Source: Candidatus Poribacteria bacterium
GTDB lineage: Bacteria; Poribacteria; WGA-4E; PCPOR2b
Assembly: GCA_965208675.1 (NCBI GenBank)
Contig: OZ242351.1
Coordinates: 544,001 to 608,000, forward strand
Reading direction: 5' to 3'
DNA: 64,000 bases
A model generated the notes under the pieces. The model was given only the letters and a program-made list of their open reading frames with translations, did no database searches and was not told the DNA's origin. A program made the position numbers and the translations under genes. This document shows, one piece after another, positions 9,681-19,135 of the stretch (its first letter is position 1; every line of letters begins with the position of its first letter).

Positions 9681-10565
9681 ATGTTGAATCAAGTAGAGAT
9701 TGACTACTACCACTCAAACGGCTACATCGCAGTTGAAAATGTCCTATCGGTAGAAGAAATCGCTGACCTCCAACGTGTTACAGATGAATTTGTTGAAAAA
9801 TCGCGCGAAGTTGCTGCACATGACGATGTGTTTGATTTGGAACCGGGTCATAGTTCTCAAGCACCACGAGTTCGCCGCATCAAGAATGCAGCAATCCATC
9901 ATTCGGTATATGACCGGACGTTGCGTAACGATCGGATTCTCGACATTGTCGAACAACTTATTGGTCCTGGTGTGAGTCACAACGGCCACAAACTCAACAT
10001 GAAATACCCAAAGTTCGGGAGTCCAGTAGAGTGGCATCAGGATTGGGCGTTCTATCCACACACGAATGACCGCCTGCTAGCGGTCGGTGTAGCGATTGAC
10101 GATATGTTGTTTGAAAACGGCTGCCTGATGGTTATCCCTAAGTCACATAAGGGTCGAATTTTCAATCATCATCAGAACGGTGCCTTCGTTGGCGCAGTCA
10201 CAGATGCTAATTTTCAGCCGAATAATGCCGTTCCCATTGAAGTTAAATCCGGCGGTATATCGATTCATCATGTCCGTACACTGCACGGTTCCGCGCAAAA
10301 CGTCTCAGATAAACCTCGCCGCCTGTTACTCCTGCAGTATTGTGCCGTCGACGCTTGGCCGCTTGTCAAACCGCCAGATTGGCACAATTTTGCCTCGCTT
10401 GTTTTGCGAGGCAAAACCACAAATCAGCCGCATATGACCGCTGTACCCGTTCGGATGCCATTCCCGCAGGGGGCGCGGACCGGTACAATCTACGAAGTTC
10501 AGAGCCTGCTGGAACAGCGTATATTCCGTATGAATAAGCCTGGCGATGGAGGAGCAGCTGGTTGA
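9681..10565 (+). CDS. Phytanoyl-CoA dioxygenase (PhyH) family Fe/2OG oxygenase
   Basis: WHQD motif, ENGCL.VIPKSH, LHGS distal His, PRR. Confidence 0.92.
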   Translation: MLNQVEIDYYHSNGYIAVENVLSVEEIADLQRVTDEFVEKSREVAAHDDVFDLEPGHSSQAPRVRRIKNAAIHHSVYDRTLRNDRILDIVEQLIGPGVSHNGHKLNMKYPKFGSPVEWHQDWAFYPHTNDRLLAVGVAIDDMLFENGCLMVIPKSHKGRIFNHHQNGAFVGAVTDANFQPNNAVPIEVKSGGISIHHVRTLHGSAQNVSDKPRRLLLLQYCAVDAWPLVKPPDWHNFASLVLRGKTTNQPHMTAVPVRMPFPQGARTGTIYEVQSLLEQRIFRMNKPGDGGAAG

Positions 10566-10753
10566 ACGGTACGCAGCGCAATTGGTGTCTGGAAAGCGGT
10601 AATTTTCAGGATTGCGCCGCTCCATAACGGCAGCGAACGCAAAATATAGCCGGTAAATGTGCTTGATTTTGATTGCGTGGTAGGGTTGAGGTCTCAGAAA
10701 TCCGACCTACATTGATGGAGCGTGGAATAACACTATCCTTACTCAATTTTATT

Positions 10754-10810
10754 TTGTCATAATGGCATACACACAGAGCGAAGCGTTAGCGGGTTGTCAA
10801 CTTGGCAACC
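10754..10810 (+). promoter_or_regulatory. Two candidate enhancer-binding-protein (UAS) boxes, TGTCA-N3-TGGCA
   Basis: TTGTCATAATGGCAT (10754-10768) and the near-perfect palindrome GGTTGTCAACTTGGCAACC (10792-10810), 40 bp apart, upstream of a sigma-54 motif. Confidence 0.6.
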
Positions 10811-10940
10811 CAAAGGTCGCAGCGGTATCGGCGAAGGTGGAATACCGGCATTTTCAATCCAACGGAATACGAGCCGTCGGAGCGGGTGCCTGCTCGCATT
10901 TGAATAGAATTTCCTCTAATTTTTGATGGATTTTAAGTTT

Positions 10941-10956
10941 TGGCATGCAACTTGCT
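10941..10956 (+). promoter_or_regulatory. Sigma-54 (-24/-12) promoter of hsp20
   Basis: TGGCATGCAACTTGCT matches TGGCAC-N5-TTGCW with exact GG-N10-GC spacing. Confidence 0.75.
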
Positions 10957-11030
10957 AAATCTTAGGTCGTCTGATGAAAATGGCATCAGCAACCTAAAAA
11001 CGCTAAACCACAAATTAGGAAGAAAATAAA

Positions 11031-11474
11031 ATGACTAACTTTTCGCGCAGAAACATTTCAAGCATGTACAATAGGATGGACAGAATCTTTGACGACTTCT
11101 TTGGTGGACGGCCCGCATTCCTTCGGTCGGAATCTGGCGATTGGGATTGGAGTCCGCCGGTGGATATCACTGAATCAGATGATTCCCTAGAAATCCGGGC
11201 TGAGGTTCCAGGTCTAACAAAGAACGATGTAAGCGTTGAAGTAAATGAAAACGTCCTGACCGTTAGAGGTGAGAGAAAGCAGGAAAACGGGGACAAGAAT
11301 GAGGCTGTGCATCGTATTGAACGTGCCTATGGCCGATTCCAACGAACTTTCACGTTATCAAAAAGCGTTCGTTCTAAGGACGCGAAGGCATCGTTCAAGG
11401 ACGGAGTGTTGACGCTTTCCATTCCTAAGATTGAACAGCCCAAACCGACAGCGATTCCAATCAGTGTTGAATAA
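11031..11474 (+). CDS. Hsp20/alpha-crystallin small heat-shock protein
   Basis: PPVDI.E, ERAYGRFQRTF, A.FKDGVL.L.IPK, C-terminal IxI-type motif (IPISVE). Confidence 0.96.
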   Translation: MTNFSRRNISSMYNRMDRIFDDFFGGRPAFLRSESGDWDWSPPVDITESDDSLEIRAEVPGLTKNDVSVEVNENVLTVRGERKQENGDKNEAVHRIERAYGRFQRTFTLSKSVRSKDAKASFKDGVLTLSIPKIEQPKPTAIPISVE

Positions 11475-11496
11475 TTACACTGGGTTGGGTTATCAT

Positions 11497-11533
11497 AAAG
11501 GCGTCCCGAACGGAAATACGGGGCGCCTTTTTT
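11497..11533 (+). terminator. Rho-independent terminator after hsp20
   Basis: AAAGGCGTCCCG-loop-CGGGGCGCCTTT followed by a T run. Confidence 0.85.
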
Positions 11534-11658
11534 CAATTTTAATATTGGTACCTAATGTATAATGAAAATTGAAACTTTCCCTAACGCGTTGGTGTGACTG
11601 GAACAGACAAAACAAAATAAAAAAATACTCACCGAAAATTGGTTAGGAGGACAATAAA

Positions 11659-13197
11659 ATGCTTCGAATCTTTTCAACCAAATTGGGAATTGCACTGATT
11701 TTTTGCGTGATTGTTGCAGTAGCAATCTCAACCAAAGTAGATTTCTTCGCAACTAATACGGCAGTCGGTCAGGCTACAGATGACGATTTCGCCTATTTAG
11801 AACGGGCAAACCGTGCTTTTATTGAAGTGATAAACGCTGCGAAACCCTCAGTCGTGCAGATTACGACAACAAAACAGGTGTCGGGCAGGGGCCCGCAACG
11901 TCAATTCGATTTTTTTGATGATGAATTATTCCGATATTGGTTCGGTGAACCCCGTAATCGCCGAAATCCGAATGAACCCCAAGAGGAACGAGAGGTGGAG
12001 GGACTCGGATCAGGGGTAATAGTCACTAAAGACGGATACATCTTGACCAACAATCACGTAATTGATCGCGCGGAGGACATTAAAGTTACCCTTTCGGATG
12101 GGCTAGAATTTGAGGCTGAAGTGGTCGGAAAAGATCCGGGTAAGGACGGAACAGATGTCGCGGTACTGAAGATAGACGGCAGTAATTTGCCCGCCTTGGA
12201 GTTTGGCGACTCGGACGACCTCCAGGTAGGAGAATGGGTTGTTGCGATTGGGTCCCCATTTTCATTAGCACAGACGGTGACACGAGGCGTGGTCAGCGCG
12301 AAAGGTCGTTCAGAGAATGAAATCAAAGTGGTGAGCTATGGAGACTTCATTCAGACCGATGCACCAATTAATCGGGGAAATAGTGGTGGCGCTCTTATAA
12401 ATATACGCGGTCAGTTAGTGGGGATTAATACAGCCATAGTAACGAGCGGAGGTTTTTCTCTGGGTAATGTCGGTGTAGGTTTAGCGATTCCAATCAACCT
12501 CGCGGACCGAATCATGAGGTCGTTAATTGAGAAGGGCGAAGTTGAACGAGGATGGCTGGGAGTTAGCTTACAGGAGATTAATCAGGGTAACGCAGCACAA
12601 TTTGCACTTGCTGAACCCCGCGGTGTTCTAGTTAATAAGGTTGGTAGAAGTTCGCCTGCGGACGAGGCAGGAATGCAGAAAGGTGATGTGATTGTTGAAT
12701 TCAACAACGTTACAATTCGCGATCCAAAACACCTTCGCGATACCGTTGCCATAACAGATGTCGGTAAAACCGTTGACGTGAAAATTATACGACGGGGTAA
12801 AGAGAAATCCTTGAAGGTACGACTTGGCAAACGGACTGGTGAAGCCCTCGCATCTATGGGTGGTTCGTCACCCTATAATCCCGGCGGACAAGACGCAGAA
12901 GCCTTTGCAGGGTTAAGGGTTAGCGAACTCACTGATCGGCTCGCCGCGGAATACCGTCATCAGGGTGAAAAAGGGGTGATTGTCCTAAACGTTGAAAGAA
13001 GGAGTCCTGCTGCGCGAGCAGGTATCCGCAGGGGAGATCTTATTCAAGAAATCCATTGGGAAAAGGTAACTACTATCGCGGATTATCGTGAACGGATTAA
13101 GGCACTATCAGATGAATCCGAGGTCGTATTTTATGTTAGACACAGAAACGGATTACCGGAATATGTCGTACTGAAGAACATCGAATCGCAGAAATGA
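11659..13197 (+). CDS. DegP/DegQ (HtrA, Do family) serine protease with two PDZ domains
   Basis: LTNNHV, TDVAVLKI, INRGNSGGAL triad motifs; RGWLGV leading into PDZ1 and PDZ2. Confidence 0.96.
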   Translation: MLRIFSTKLGIALIFCVIVAVAISTKVDFFATNTAVGQATDDDFAYLERANRAFIEVINAAKPSVVQITTTKQVSGRGPQRQFDFFDDELFRYWFGEPRNRRNPNEPQEEREVEGLGSGVIVTKDGYILTNNHVIDRAEDIKVTLSDGLEFEAEVVGKDPGKDGTDVAVLKIDGSNLPALEFGDSDDLQVGEWVVAIGSPFSLAQTVTRGVVSAKGRSENEIKVVSYGDFIQTDAPINRGNSGGALINIRGQLVGINTAIVTSGGFSLGNVGVGLAIPINLADRIMRSLIEKGEVERGWLGVSLQEINQGNAAQFALAEPRGVLVNKVGRSSPADEAGMQKGDVIVEFNNVTIRDPKHLRDTVAITDVGKTVDVKIIRRGKEKSLKVRLGKRTGEALASMGGSSPYNPGGQDAEAFAGLRVSELTDRLAAEYRHQGEKGVIVLNVERRSPAARAGIRRGDLIQEIHWEKVTTIADYRERIKALSDESEVVFYVRHRNGLPEYVVLKNIESQK

Positions 13198-13275
13198 CCG
13201 TATATGATTCGCCCGAGGATAACATTTCAGCCGGACGTCTCTAACCAGGTCGTGCTGCCACCATTAAACGTATAA

Positions 13276-13522
13276 TAGACATCTTTCCAAAATAATTCCA
13301 CCGCCCGATAGCCCCAGACGGGATCTTCAATCGTCAAATCGAAGATAGTTTTTTCAGACAAATAGAAATCACTGTTACACATCAACATCTAGCCCCAGCG
13401 GGACGGCAGGTGTAAAGCGGCTGCCCTCACATTGGGCTAATACGCTGTAGGGGCAACCCTTGTGGTTGCCCTTAACGCTTCGGTTTTGTCAACTACATTG
13501 AGTTAATTAGGAAAGATGTATA
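13276..13522. mobile_element. Putative ~245-bp MITE with imperfect terminal inverted repeats and TA flanks
   Basis: ACATCTTTCCAAAATAATTC (13279-13298) versus the reverse complement of 13500-13519, ACATCTTTCCTAATTAACTC (17/20 identical). TA dinucleotides at 13276-77 and 13521-22; no internal ORF. Confidence 0.5.
13447..13471 (+). repeat. GTAG-type REP hairpin
   Basis: GTAG + GGGCAACC-CTTGT-GGTTGCCC, a perfect 8-bp stem. Confidence 0.65.
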
Positions 13523-13525
13523 ATG

Positions 13526-13574
13526 AAAAGACCGTTAAGCGAGAATTAAGATGTCTACATTCCGCTTAACGGCC
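13526..13574 (-). terminator. Probable terminator of the secreted metalloprotease gene
   Basis: CCGTTAAGCG/CGCTTAACGG inverted repeat directly after the stop, followed by TTTT on the minus strand; the loop is long. Confidence 0.5.
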
Positions 13575-16500
13575 TCACTTTAAGAGCACCATATTCCCAG
13601 TGAATTCTTGGCTTTCACCGTTTGACTCGGTGATGCGCAAGAAATAGACATAGAGTCCACTCGCAACTATAACTCCCGCTTCGTTGCGTCCCGTCCAATG
13701 CCCCGCGCTATCACGTCGATGGTAACGCCCCGCAGGCTTAATTCCGAGGTTTTGGCGCCACACCAATAACCCCGACGCCGAATAGATTTCGATCTGTACA
13801 TCTGAAGGTACTGCAAGTTCATAGGGTATCCACACTTCCGGATTAAATGGGTTTGGATAAACCGGCAGTATGCCCGTTTTCTTAACTATGGGCAACTCAA
13901 AATTCGGACGGGACCGCTGTTTCGCCGATTCCACCCAGTACATTAACGCTTCTATCGCTTTCCGAGCATTGGGTGCGAGCCGCGGTTCGCGGCGTAACGC
14001 CGCTAACGCTTTTTCCAATTGGTCAAAATCTATCGCGGTGTACGAAGAATGGTTTGCGCTGGATGTCGCGGGCGGGTTTGTGTCAAAATTACTGCCATTT
14101 GTATTGTGCATCACGCGCATCAATTCTGGGGCTGTACTGGCGCCCTCTTCAAAATGTATCGCCACAAGCACCAAGTCGTCAACGTCAACAACCGCATCCC
14201 CATTGACATCCACGAAAGGAACGGTAATCTGGTCGCTGGCTTTCCCGAAGTGCCTGGCAACCAAAACTAAATCGAATATGTCTATAGTGGCATCTCGGTT
14301 AACATCCCAAGCGGAAGTGTTATTCAACATAACGCCAGGCGTGATACTACTCCAGTCTCGGCTTGCCAAATTGGCCTGGTTCTCTGCCTTGATTCTCGCG
14401 TAGTATGTTGTGTCAAATTCTCCCGTAAAGGTGCGCCGAGTTTTCCCGCTATCTACCGTCTCATCGAAAAGCATACCGGATTGAAAATCTCTAGAATCTA
14501 CATCGATCTGTAGGTGGTAAGCGCTAATACCGCTTGTGTCGTCAACGGCGTCCCATTCAAGTGTGATTTCGCGCGCGTTTGCCGTCTCATTCAACAACCA
14601 GTTGAGATTTGACACTACCGGCGGCGGCGTGCTATCGATTTTGAACCCATAATGACTTGCGTCGGTCCAATAACCTAACGCATCGCGGGCGCGAACATGC
14701 ACCCACCAAACACCGTCGCTCAACCCCGTGAATACTAACGCATTACTTCTGACAAGCGCCTCCGGATGTGTGTCGGGAACCGTTGCAGGTTCCCGATTTA
14801 AGATGAAGCTGTATTGTTGCCTAGCGTCCATCGTCGGTGAGGTCAGCAACTCCATTTGTGGCGAGTTGCTTGCATACCAACGATTGAAGTCTGGATGGGT
14901 GTTTGAGGTAACGATAGGGGGCAAAAGTGGCGTATGGTCAACGACAACGACTCCGTCGCTGTATACGTCGGTTGGCGGATTCTGCGAATCCGAAACAATT
15001 GCACGAAGGTAGTAACTGCCCTCCACAAGAGATTCGGTTTGCCAAGTGAACACTGATCGGTCTTGTGTCAAACCGGATTGAATCAATGTCGAACCGCCCT
15101 GTACGTTGTTACGGTCATAGAACAGCGCGACTGTGAAATTGTCGTCGTCGGAGTCAGATGCTTCCCAAGTAATTTGAAAGGAATCATCTGAGACAGCGCC
15201 TTCAACATTTGGAGCCGTGAATTGAAAGGACGGGGCGGTGTTAGGACGTAAAACCGCGTGGTGGGCGATGTATATTTCCTCAAGCGCCGCCAGCATGGGG
15301 AATTCACGTTTACGCCAAGCAACGGCAATGTCTGTAACGCTCTGGGGTAAGTCGTTGACTAGAATCTCCCAGAGCAAATCGGTTGCGTCGGAGACTCCGT
15401 CGTCATCAACCGCTGGTTGGTGGTCGATAGAATCAGCTGTATCAAAGATATCCCATAAAATGCTTGCTACTGTTCCCTCGACATTTTCCCCTTTAGTGTT
15501 CGATCCCATTCCTTCAACGTGCCCAGTCCACCACTGATTGGATTCGATATTCGGCACGATTTGATTGACGTAACCCTTAACGTTCAACGCGCGGTTATCA
15601 ACAGCTGCTTCCATAAATGCCGCCCAGCCTTCGTTGAAAGCGAAACCAGCATCCGATACTGTTTCAAGTCGGTGAGAGCCATGATACCTGCCTTTCGGCA
15701 CAGAGTTGTAATTGTAACCGTAAGCCGCGGTCATAACCGCGTGTCCATATTCATGGAACATTACTACACGCGTCCACTGATCGCCGTGGGCGATATTGAT
15801 TGTTTCGCTTGATACATGGCCTTCAATTGCTTCAGGAGCGTAGTAGGAGACGTTCTCAGTGCTAGGCCAAATGACGCGCACGGGACGGTCACGTTCCCAA
15901 CCTAGGCGGTTGAGCAAAAAGCCGTGTGCAAGTTGTACGGTGTTAAAAATATAACCAACGGCGCGGTTTGAATTTTGGGAACTCAAGGATAAATGAATTG
16001 TCGTGACGCCATCGGAGACATTACGAACAGTTTCTGAAGCAAACTCATATGCCTCCCCACTAGGACTTCCAATAGACAATACGCGGTTGTCAAATCGCAC
16101 CACGACATAAAGATTACGGGAGGAACTTCTGTTGAAATCCGAGTGCGAAACATTTTCAAATATGAATTCTCCACGGTCGTCAGCGACTGTTTCGTCAATT
16201 TTGATATCGCCGCCATCGGGCAAATCGTGGTAGAGCGCAACTTGGGGGCGGCGTACTGGAAGTTCCGTCCCCTCATTGTCGTTGAAATATACCACCGTAC
16301 CGCGAACCGCCATGTCACTCGCCCAGTTCGGGAAAGCTCGCGCCTGCACATGGGTTTCTAAATTTAGGTCGTCGACTGTTTGGTTAAATGGAACATCGCT
16401 AATTTGAGCGTACCCTGATGCCGCCCAAAGGTATACGTAGAAATGCTCAATTATGGTTTGACCATTTGAAAGCGCCGCGTAGATTGACGCTTGTAGGGGA

Positions 16501-16862
16501 TACACCCCCGGTTGCCCGACATTGATTAATACGCTAAAATTCTGATCCGGGGCATATTGAGAAAAGTAGACTCGATCAAAATGAACGGGCGAACTGGATG
16601 AAATCCCTTCAGGGAGGCGAAACTGAATGCGGGCGTAGCTAGTCACATGCAAGTTGGATCGAATTGTAAAAATGAGCGTGGCATCTTTACCAACTCGCGG
16701 TGCTCGCGTAAGCCGGAGTTTACCATTAAACGCCTGTGGACGGTGAGGTTGATGGGCGAATGCGGAGGAGAGTGTTTCAGCACAGAATATGGAAATTGAA
16801 AGCCATAAAACCAAAAATACGAGCCGCTCAAAACTAACAACGCGAGTTGCCAAGTGTAGCAT
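13575..16862 (-). CDS. Secreted zincin-like (HExxH) metalloprotease with Ig/FN3 domains, dockerin-like repeats and a FlgD-Ig/T9SS-like C-terminal domain
   Basis: HEYGH plus downstream FNEGWA; DVNRDATIDIFDLVLVARHFG and DVNGDAVVDVDDLV dockerin repeats; YPNPFNPEVWIPY...ASGLYVY...MVLLK tail. The start is probably near 16862, not 17090. Confidence 0.85.
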   Translation of the reverse strand: MLHLATRVVSFERLVFLVLWLSISIFCAETLSSAFAHQPHRPQAFNGKLRLTRAPRVGKDATLIFTIRSNLHVTSYARIQFRLPEGISSSSPVHFDRVYFSQYAPDQNFSVLINVGQPGVYPLQASIYAALSNGQTIIEHFYVYLWAASGYAQISDVPFNQTVDDLNLETHVQARAFPNWASDMAVRGTVVYFNDNEGTELPVRRPQVALYHDLPDGGDIKIDETVADDRGEFIFENVSHSDFNRSSSRNLYVVVRFDNRVLSIGSPSGEAYEFASETVRNVSDGVTTIHLSLSSQNSNRAVGYIFNTVQLAHGFLLNRLGWERDRPVRVIWPSTENVSYYAPEAIEGHVSSETINIAHGDQWTRVVMFHEYGHAVMTAAYGYNYNSVPKGRYHGSHRLETVSDAGFAFNEGWAAFMEAAVDNRALNVKGYVNQIVPNIESNQWWTGHVEGMGSNTKGENVEGTVASILWDIFDTADSIDHQPAVDDDGVSDATDLLWEILVNDLPQSVTDIAVAWRKREFPMLAALEEIYIAHHAVLRPNTAPSFQFTAPNVEGAVSDDSFQITWEASDSDDDNFTVALFYDRNNVQGGSTLIQSGLTQDRSVFTWQTESLVEGSYYLRAIVSDSQNPPTDVYSDGVVVVDHTPLLPPIVTSNTHPDFNRWYASNSPQMELLTSPTMDARQQYSFILNREPATVPDTHPEALVRSNALVFTGLSDGVWWVHVRARDALGYWTDASHYGFKIDSTPPPVVSNLNWLLNETANAREITLEWDAVDDTSGISAYHLQIDVDSRDFQSGMLFDETVDSGKTRRTFTGEFDTTYYARIKAENQANLASRDWSSITPGVMLNNTSAWDVNRDATIDIFDLVLVARHFGKASDQITVPFVDVNGDAVVDVDDLVLVAIHFEEGASTAPELMRVMHNTNGSNFDTNPPATSSANHSSYTAIDFDQLEKALAALRREPRLAPNARKAIEALMYWVESAKQRSRPNFELPIVKKTGILPVYPNPFNPEVWIPYELAVPSDVQIEIYSASGLLVWRQNLGIKPAGRYHRRDSAGHWTGRNEAGVIVASGLYVYFLRITESNGESQEFTGNMVLLK

Positions 16863-17002
16863 GTAAAACGAATACCTGCTTGCATTCATAGAACATGTGC
16901 TGGTGAAAGTCGTTTTCCCGTCTTCGTCAATCCGATGGTCCGAAACTATCCATGTGCGAAAACAAAATGAAGGTCGCAGTTTTCCTGTTTTCGCGGCTCG
17001 CA

Positions 17003-17653
17003 TTATTGATTTGCGAACCACATACCTAACATCATTCCTATAGCCATTAAGACGATTATTGTCCCGATAACACCCAGCACAAGCTTCCATGTCATCATTG
17101 CCGATTTTCCTTCTTCCTTTGATTCGCCCCTAGAATTTGGCTCGGCCTTTTCAACTTTTCGCGGCCGATTTTGAGGGCAAGCTCGAATTGAGGCTTGTTC
17201 TTCCCGCATTTCCCTCCGTTGCATTCGAATCTTTTCCACCAATCGCACCGTTTCAGACGCTGGTTCATTGGCTGCACGTGAATTCTGTTCAACCGTATTT
17301 GATTCACGTGAGCCCGCGCCATCGGTATCTGACTTTTGTGAAATGGATTGACTTGAAGATTTATAGGGAAGAATTGCATCATCGGCAAATTCCGAGTCCG
17401 CGCTTAAATGGGCATTTGAACGTGTGTCGTACTCAGGTTCAGCGGGTATCGTAGATTTCACTGCATGGGCTTTTTGATATTGATGGTCAATAGCATCACG
17501 ATTTGGGTTGTCAGTTTCAACCTCGGACTGCGCTAATTCGTCCGCCGCAGATTTATCCGATGTGCCCGATGGACGTTTACCCGCCCACATCGCGCGCCGT
17601 TGTTGTTTATATTTCTCCTTCAGTGCTTGCTTTTCTTCTTCGCTCAACTGCAT
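17003..17653 (-). CDS. Hypothetical protein with a low-complexity body and a C-terminal TM anchor
   Basis: AGGAG RBS; two similar charged motifs (KYKQQRRAMW, KIRMQRREMR); hydrophobic C-terminus. Confidence 0.7.
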   Translation of the reverse strand: MQLSEEEKQALKEKYKQQRRAMWAGKRPSGTSDKSAADELAQSEVETDNPNRDAIDHQYQKAHAVKSTIPAEPEYDTRSNAHLSADSEFADDAILPYKSSSQSISQKSDTDGAGSRESNTVEQNSRAANEPASETVRLVEKIRMQRREMREEQASIRACPQNRPRKVEKAEPNSRGESKEEGKSAMMTWKLVLGVIGTIIVLMAIGMMLGMWFANQ

Positions 17654-17738
17654 GGGTTTTATCTCCTGACACGTGCATTGACCGGTGAACGAGGATTAAT
17701 GCGCGGAACTTTACCATTTTTTCAATTTTCGATGTTCT

Positions 17739-18119
17739 TTATTCAAATAGTTGTTCGATTCTGACCGTGGTTCCACTCTTGACCTGTTTGAACGCTTTCG
17801 CGTCTCCTGTGAGTTTACCGATTACATTGACTGCACTCGCAGGTCGAATTTCATTCACATGGCTTATTGGTGTTGGGCCAAAAAAGATGCATAACGCGGT
17901 ACCGGGCGGCCAATAGCCGAGATCACCTAGTTCGACAACTTCTTGAGGATTTTCAGCGTCTGCATTTAGTGGGATTGAAAAGTAGATTTCATCACCCCAT
18001 GTACTCGCTTGTGCCTCAATAGGCAGCAAATCCCACAGCATCTGCGCCGTTTTGGAGTCATTTAGTTCAGCTTCCATAGCGACAGGATTAGCAGAAATTT
18101 TAATCTTATTGGCGATCAT
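17739..18119 (-). CDS. Cyclophilin-like fold protein (TM1367-like)
   Basis: WGDEIYF, GDLGYWPPG.ALCIFFGPTP, RPAS.VNVIG. Confidence 0.9.
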   Translation of the reverse strand: MIANKIKISANPVAMEAELNDSKTAQMLWDLLPIEAQASTWGDEIYFSIPLNADAENPQEVVELGDLGYWPPGTALCIFFGPTPISHVNEIRPASAVNVIGKLTGDAKAFKQVKSGTTVRIEQLFE

Positions 18120-18360
18120 GACAATTCTTCATTGAAATTCCGGCGGTTGTGATTTGGCGTTGACCTGAATCCTACTTTCTACGATAATAGTAGCTGGATA
18201 TTCGGTATTCTAACATAACCCACTCTATATCCTCAACACAAAAACGTTGAATCCACTCTCGGTGGTGAATGCACAAATACAAGTTGACGTATACGATTCA
18301 TGGTGAATACACGCCAGTCTTCATCAACGACTAGAATTAGGTCAGAATAGGGAGGTTAAA

Positions 18361-19092
18361 ATGCGGCTAAAGAATCGCGTGGCAATTGTTACGGGCGGCG
18401 GACAGGGGATTGGGCGGGCGATTTGCCTCAAGTTTGCCAAAGAGGGTGCAAATATTACAATCGCTGAACAAAATCTGGAAACTGCTGAAGCTGTTGCAAA
18501 GCAGGCTCGCGTACTTGGCATACGTGCGCTCCCAATCTTCACCGATGTTACCGATAGCGATGCTGTTAGTGCAATGGTTTCCCAAACGCTCCATTCCTTT
18601 CAGCGAATTGATATTCTCGTCAATAACGCCGGGATTTTTAGCCATACGCCAATCGAGGAATGTACGGAAGAAGAATGGGATCGTATAATGGCCGTAAATC
18701 TCAAGGGACCTTTTCTCTGTTCGCAGGCGGTAATCGAGGTTATGAAAACGCAGGGGTACGGCAGGATTATTAATCTGGGTTCTGTTGCGGGTAGAGTGGG
18801 AGGTTTGTTTGCCTCAGCGCCTTACGCTTCGTCTAAAGCTGGAGTGATGTGCTTGACAAAATCCTTTGCGCGCCGGCTGGGCAAATACGGAATCACTATC
18901 AACGCTATTGCTCCAGGCGTGGCTGAAACTGAAATGACGAAGGATCACCCTGAAATGACACGGCAAATTCCGCTGGGGCGTGTCGCTGATCCGATGGAGG
19001 TAGCGAACGCCGCACTGTTTCTTGCGTCAGATGAAGGGTCATACCTGACAGGCGTGATTTTAGACGTAAACGGCGGGTTACTGATGCCATGA
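18361..19092 (+). CDS. Short-chain dehydrogenase/reductase (FabG-like)
   Basis: TGGGQGIG, NNAG, YASSK catalytic motif. Confidence 0.94.
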   Translation: MRLKNRVAIVTGGGQGIGRAICLKFAKEGANITIAEQNLETAEAVAKQARVLGIRALPIFTDVTDSDAVSAMVSQTLHSFQRIDILVNNAGIFSHTPIEECTEEEWDRIMAVNLKGPFLCSQAVIEVMKTQGYGRIINLGSVAGRVGGLFASAPYASSKAGVMCLTKSFARRLGKYGITINAIAPGVAETEMTKDHPEMTRQIPLGRVADPMEVANAALFLASDEGSYLTGVILDVNGGLLMP

Positions 19093-19119
19093 CCCAGAAA
19101 AACGGACGAATTGACTCGG

Positions 19120-19135
19120 CGGTTAACGTTAACCG
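19120..19135. terminator. Perfect 16-bp palindrome between the convergent SDR and mrp genes (possible bidirectional terminator)
   Basis: CGGTTAACGTTAACCG overlapping the mrp stop codon; no U-tract. Confidence 0.35.

Noticed and set aside
13200-13570. CRISPR array or attC cassette array
   Set aside because: Only two short imperfect repeats; no regular repeat-spacer period, and no cas or integrase gene in the window.
16863-17090. N-terminal extension of the 1171-aa ORF; likewise the upstream extensions of ORFs starting at 20154, 35143, 40639, 50542, 59602 and 60189
   Set aside because: They overlap neighbouring genes or precede the signal peptide, RBS or family N-terminus; downstream starts fit better.
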